Both the position numbers and the translations under genes were made by a program. A stretch of DNA of 62,693 bases, counting the filler, from Nitrospinota bacterium (lineage in GTDB: Bacteria; JAUXIQ01), in NCBI GenBank assembly GCA_030620925.1. It is 13 parts of 13 records of this genome, joined end to end, with 100 filler letters (N's around TTAATTAATTAA, not from the genome) between each part and the next. Parts side by side here need not be neighbours in the genome. Positions count along the whole stretch, not along the records: positions 56,749 to 59,678 come from JAUXIQ010000385.1; positions 59,779 to 62,693 come from JAUXIQ010000386.1; 11 more parts are not named here. One strand, 5' to 3'. Below, piece by piece: positions 57,801 to 62,693 of this stretch. Position 1 is the stretch's first letter; each line of letters starts with the position of its first letter. The notes under the pieces are model-generated. The model worked only from the letters and a program-made list of their open reading frames with translations, was not told where the DNA came from and did not search any database.

Positions 57801-59678
57801 TCAGCGCAGCACGGCCCCCACTTTTTCCGCGAGATGAGCGACAAGCTTTTCCATGAAACGGTTTATCTCCTCGTTTACCAGCGTCCTGTCTTCTGATAAA
57901 AATATGAGCGAATAGGCCAGGCTCTTTTTACCCGGGGGCACCTGTTTGCCCGTATAGGCGTCGAAGAGGCTAACTTGCTTGAGGATCGGGGGGGCTATTT
58001 CTTTGATGGCGAGGATTACCTCTGCTGAGGGCACACCTTCATCGAGCACCAGCGCCAAGTCTCTGGTAGCGGAAGGAAATTTGGGAAGCGGCTGAAAGCG
58101 ACGGGTTTTGATTGCAGAGGGTTCCAACACCTTGTCTAAATCGATCTCCAGGGCGAAGACTTTTCTGTGCAGGTCGAATGCTTCCAGCACTTCTGTTTTC
58201 AATTCCCCCACGGACCCCACGGGTTCACCTCCAACCCTTACCTCGGCCGACCGTGCGGAAAGAAAGGGGGGCAGGTCGGTCTTGGCGAACTCTACATTTT
58301 CACAACGCAGTTTCTCAAGGACCATCTCCAGAGGGCCCTTGAGATCGAAGAAATCCGCTTCTTCCTGGTTGTCCTCCCAGAGGCCGCTTCCCATGAAGCC
58401 GGTAATGACGGCTGCCAGGTAGTTGTGCTCCCGGGGCAACTGTTCCTGTTCGCCCTGGAAGTATGTTCTGCCTATCTCGAACAGTTTGAGGTTATATTGG
58501 TTTCTGTTGAGATTTGAGAGTATGGTCTGGAGCAGGCCGGGGAGCATTGTGGTCCTCATGCAGGTCCAGTCCTGGTTGAGAGGGTTTATGAGTTTTACCA
58601 TAGCTCTCCTGGCGTCATCCTGGGGGATGTCGAGGTTGTCCAGCGCTTTTTCGCTGATGAAGCTGTAGTTGATTATTTCCATGAACCCCAGATCGGTCAG
58701 GGTATTTCTGGCAAGATGTTCTGGTGCATCGAGGGTCATGGGGTTTTCCAGCGCCATTTTCCCGTAGGGGATGGTGCTGTTGATTTTCTGGTAGCCATAG
58801 AGCCTGGCCACCTCTTCCACCAGGTCGATTTCCCTGACGAGGTCCGAACGATAGGAGGGAATTTCCACGGAGAGGGTTTCTCCATCCACCTCGCTTACAT
58901 CGAACTGCAATTTGCGGAGATAGCTTGATACCTGGTCTCTTTCCAGGTCGGTGCCCAGAACCTTATTGGTGTACCCCGCTCTCATATTTATTCTGGTCGT
59001 TTCTTTTTTTAGGGGCCATTGGTCCGCCAGGCCGGGGGCCGCCTTGCCTTCCCCCAGCAGAGACATGAAATATGCCGCCCTATCGGTGGAGAAGGCCGTA
59101 CCCCGGGGATCGACAAACCGCTGGAAGCGATATGAGGCCTCCGTATCCAGCCCCAATATTTTGGCGTTTTTCCTGTTGGTGAGGGGGTCGAAGTGGGCGG
59201 CTTCCAGGAGTATGTCCTTTGATTTTTCTGTGACCTCTGTATCCTGCCCGCCCATGATGCCGGCAAGGGCGACGCTTCTCCCGGCGTCTGCTATCACCAG
59301 CATGGTGTCGTCGAGAGTGCGCGCTTTGCCGTCCAGGGTGACCAGCAGTTCTCCCTTCTCCGCCCGCCTGACTATGATGCGGTTTTCTTTCAGCAGGTGA
59401 TAGTCGAAGGCGTGAAGCGGCTGGCCCAGCTCCAGCATGACGTAGTTGGTGATATCCACGATGTTGTTGAGGGGTCGCATACCGGCGGCCTTGAGGCGGA
59501 GCTGCATCCAGAGGGGTGAAGACTTGATCTTGATTCCTGCGATGATGCGGGCTGTATATCTGGGGCACAGCTCGGGTTCCAGTATCTCCACCGACGTCCA
59601 TCTATCCGCGGGTTCCCCCTCTTCTTTTAGCTCAAACTCCGGATACTTGAACGGGGCTCCCGTGATGGCGGCGACTTC
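57801..59678 (-). CDS. pheT: Phenylalanine--tRNA ligase beta subunit (N-truncated)
   Basis: [44 protein letters not shown] and KKSLAY motifs. Confidence 0.97.
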   Translation of the reverse strand, partial: EVAAITGAPFKYPEFELKEEGEPADRWTSVEILEPELCPRYTARIIAGIKIKSSPLWMQLRLKAAGMRPLNNIVDITNYVMLELGQPLHAFDYHLLKENRIIVRRAEKGELLVTLDGKARTLDDTMLVIADAGRSVALAGIMGGQDTEVTEKSKDILLEAAHFDPLTNRKNAKILGLDTEASYRFQRFVDPRGTAFSTDRAAYFMSLLGEGKAAPGLADQWPLKKETTRINMRAGYTNKVLGTDLERDQVSSYLRKLQFDVSEVDGETLSVEIPSYRSDLVREIDLVEEVARLYGYQKINSTIPYGKMALENPMTLDAPEHLARNTLTDLGFMEIINYSFISEKALDNLDIPQDDARRAMVKLINPLNQDWTCMRTTMLPGLLQTILSNLNRNQYNLKLFEIGRTYFQGEQEQLPREHNYLAAVITGFMGSGLWEDNQEEADFFDLKGPLEMVLEKLRCENVEFAKTDLPPFLSARSAEVRVGGEPVGSVGELKTEVLEAFDLHRKVFALEIDLDKVLEPSAIKTRRFQPLPKFPSATRDLALVLDEGVPSAEVILAIKEIAPPILKQVSLFDAYTGKQVPPGKKSLAYSLIFLSEDRTLVNEEINRFMEKLVAHLAEKVGAVLR

Positions 59679-59778
59679 NNNNNNNNNNNNNNNNNNNNNN
59701 NNNNNNNNNNNNNNNNNNNNNNTTAATTAATTAANNNNNNNNNNNNNNNNNNNNNNNNNNNNNNNNNNNNNNNNNNNN

Positions 59779-62292
59779 CACGCTTCCTGCGTAAACCCCC
59801 ATCAGCACGGTATTGGCGACCCAATACACCCTGTTGACGCTCCCCCCTTCATTTATTATACGATCGCTCACCCTCCCCAGCGCATAGAGGGAAAAGAGCA
59901 GTCCCAGAACCAGGAACACCGCCTGAATGACGGGCAGCGCCGGCCACTCCACAGCCGACCTGTTCAGCAGCAGAGGTATTAATTCCAGCCTGATCGTCGA
60001 TTCCTCCAGACCCATCAGGAACCGGCTCTGGTACGCGGCAAAAGTCCCCAGCAGGAGGGGAAGGTAATTGAAATGAAAGTTCCTCCTGGCCCCTGTCAGC
60101 AGCTTATCATCCCCTTTGATCGAAACCGCCGCCAGCAGCTGAAAGAGAAATACGGCCCCCAGAACGGCGCCCGCAAAATAGATGGTAAACGTTAGCGTGT
60201 CGTGCGGCTGCCCCGGTGAGTAGAGGCTTCTCTGAAAGACCAGTATGGCTATCAGCGCCCCGAAAATCGCGGCCACGAAAATATTCATCCTGTTGCCGCT
60301 GTAGTCGGAGCTCCAGATTTCCTGCCCCGGCACCCGCAGGTTCAGTTGCACCACGTCGTTGGGGCAACTGGCCACGCACTGGCAGCAAAGTTTGCAGTGC
60401 TGGTTGGAGTCTTTAAACATGAGGTGCTGGAACATGGGACAGCTTGGCTCTGAGCCGCTACCCGTATAGCAATCGTGGGTGGTGCACTTGTTGACGCACA
60501 CCGCGGTATTCGCACGCAGCTCCAGGATGGAGGTCCGTGCGAACAGGCCGACCATCCCCCCCAGGGGGCACATATGGCGGCACCAGAACTCCCTCTCGAA
60601 GACGACCCCCGATATGACGGCGCCCAACGTGATGGCCAAGAGCAGATAAGCCGTGTAGATGGGCGAATAACGCATGTTCGTAACTTCTTCCAGCCAGATG
60701 ATCAGGAGGAAACCGGCGGTCAAAATAATGAAATCGTACTTCTTGAAAAACGATGGGCCGGGCGACGAGAAGTGAAAGATTTTCTGAACCAGACCGGAGG
60801 CGAAACCCATTGGGCACACGCCGCACCAGGCGCGCCCCAGCCAGAACAACGAGAAGATGAGCGCCGGCCACCACAAGGCCCATGCCAGCACAAGCCCCTT
60901 GTTTAGGCTTCCCTGCGAAGGAATAGAGAAGAGAGAATAGAAGATGCCTATGAAAACGGCGGCAGCCGATATTTGAAAAACCAGCGGCCAGATACGCCTG
61001 CTGACCACCGTACGCAGGAATCCGAGCTGAAAAAAGTCGTAGACCCCCCTGGACTCACTGGCCGGTTGACCGAAGAAAAGGTGTTCGATCCTTATTGTCT
61101 CACCGTCGGTGAGTATGATGCTCCTCTCTATGATCTCCTCGAGCTCCCGGATGTTGCTCAGCAAGTAGCCGTGAGAGACCAGGCTCTGCATGACCTCGTT
61201 ATCCACGCCACGCACCGACTTGTTCATCCGCGCCGAATGTTTCTCCACGAAATGATTGATCAGCTCCGGGATATCACGCTTCCTCTCCCTCAGCGACGGT
61301 ATCTCTACTGTCAGGTCCTCCAGCATGGAATAGAGCCCCTGGTCGAAGTCGCCGCGTCCGGCCTTGGTCTCCAGGGGCGTCCTGGAAGTGGTGATGAGTT
61401 TTACGTCGACGTCCCCCGCCGGAGAGAAGCTCCCCCTCTGGAAAAGGTCCTTTAAGTGCTCCTGCAACTGAAGGGAAAGCAAGTCTACATTCTTTAACAC
61501 AACGGTCCCCCCCTCGGCCAGGCCTAGGTAGCTGAACCTGCGGATAGACTCTTCATCTCGCGGGTATAATCGAACGCCGAAAAGTTTCTCGCCCCACTGA
61601 TCGTCCTGGAACTGAGCGCAATCAATGGTTATGAAGGGTTTGTTCTTGCGGTCGCTTTCTTTGTGAGCCAGGTAGGCGGTGGCTTCTTTGCCCACCCCCG
61701 CTTCTCCGAGGATGTGCATGATGTGGCTCTGGGAAAAAATCCTCTTTATCTCCGCCAGGGCCTGTTTCAAGGTGGGCGATTTCCCGATCAGGGCCGTGTA
61801 ATACTCCTGCTTCGTCCTGTTCAGGAGCTGGTTCACCATTGTTTCTTTGTGGAGCAGCCGCGAGGAAAGGGTCACCACCAACATCTGATACATTTCAGGG
61901 TAGCGGCTCAACAGCTCGCCGAAGTCTTCCCTGGAGATGACGACGATTTCGCAGTCGGTAGCGGAGGCGATCCGGGCGGAAGTGGCTTCTCCGGTCATCA
62001 GGGACATTTCTCCGAAATAATCGCCTCTGCCCAGCCTGTTCAAGGCCATGAATGTGCCTTCATCTCCCTGCTTGGAAACTTCCACCTCGCCGGAATGGAC
62101 AATGTAGAGCGAGGCCCCCTTAACGTTCTCCTCCAGAATGGTCTGCCTCGCATCGAATTTCCGAAAGACACACTTCTCCGAGAGCGCCTCCAGGGTATCT
62201 GAAGACAATTTTTTGAACAGTGGGACCGTCTTAAGGAAGGAGACCAGTTCTTCTTTAGTCAGGATGGATTCATCGCCCGCCGAAGGAACCAT
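59779..62292 (-). CDS. cNMP-binding + degenerate sigma-54-type AAA+ + NapH-like membrane Fe-S fusion protein (C-truncated)
   Basis: GDYFGEMSL..RIAS; GEAGVGKE..IPSLRERKRDI..NIREL; multiple TM helices with WCGVCP, WCRHMCP and CKLCCQCVASCP. Confidence 0.88.
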
Positions 62293-62565
62293 GTACACTC
62301 GACCTCCCAAACCGAGGTATTGTCACATCAAGGGCAATAGTAGGATAAAAGCAGGTCTTCGTATCCCCTCGTCTCTTCGTTTACTCTATGGATTGTATGA
62401 TACAGGGCTCAAAAGTCAATTTCATTTATCAATCCGGCCCGGCCCGTTTTAGAGAATTGCCTGGACATGAAACGATATATATTTTAAATTAAACGAAAAA
62501 TCCGCGTATTTTCTCTTCCCAAAGAGGCTTTTTGAAACGTTATATATAAAGAGAGGAGGTTTCCC

Positions 62566-62693
62566 ATGGGACTGAGCTTGACATACAAAATCCTGGAAGA
62601 ACACCTGCTGGAAGGAGCTCTCAAACCGGGAGAAGAGATAGCCATTAACATCGATCAGACTCTCACCCAGGACGCCACGGGCACCATGGCCTA
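62566..62693 (+). CDS. Aconitate hydratase family protein, N-terminus (absent from the ORF track)
   Basis: AGGAGG RBS; MGLSLTYKILEEHL...IDQTLTQDATGTMA. Confidence 0.88.
   Translation, partial: MGLSLTYKILEEHLLEGALKPGEEIAINIDQTLTQDATGTMA

Noticed and set aside
1-62693. Cross-contig 'operons' (e.g. cytochrome c next to accC, or the IS3 end next to 6S RNA)
   Set aside because: They are separated by spacers, so order and adjacency are arbitrary.
1-62693. CRISPR array, tRNA (including selC), rRNA
   Set aside because: No regularly spaced repeat-spacer units, cloverleaf or rRNA-like sequence was found by eye. A covariance search could still find something missed.

Overview
The window is not one locus. 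It holds 13 short contigs (2.7-8.9 kb) joined by artificial 100-nt spacers (N44-TTAATTAATTAA-N44), so adjacency across a spacer means nothing. Twelve contigs look like one moderately GC-rich, anaerobe-style bacterium (Desulfobacterota/Nitrospinota-like; inference). They encode carbamate kinase with an arginine-synthetase-like ATPase, a Rieske/cytochrome b/multiheme c operon, a heme-motif two-component system with an 11-heme cytochrome, a NarI-HdrD-GcvH module, selA/selB, two 2-oxoacid:ferredoxin oxidoreductase operons, many CoA-metabolism enzymes, liv transporters, asnS, gap, pheT-zapB-zapA-6S RNA and an IS3 end. Contig 8401-13073 (accC, dxs, RND pump) looks Bacteroidota-like and is probably a bin contaminant. 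The best find is ORF 4500..4907, which appears cut short at a selenocysteine UGA. Reading through gives a 168-aa membrane-anchored CYCxC...UxxC protein with a strong SECIS-like hairpin that ends 1 nt before the Rieske gene, so a selenoprotein appears to head a Rieske/cyt b operon. No CRISPR array, rRNA or tRNA was seen.
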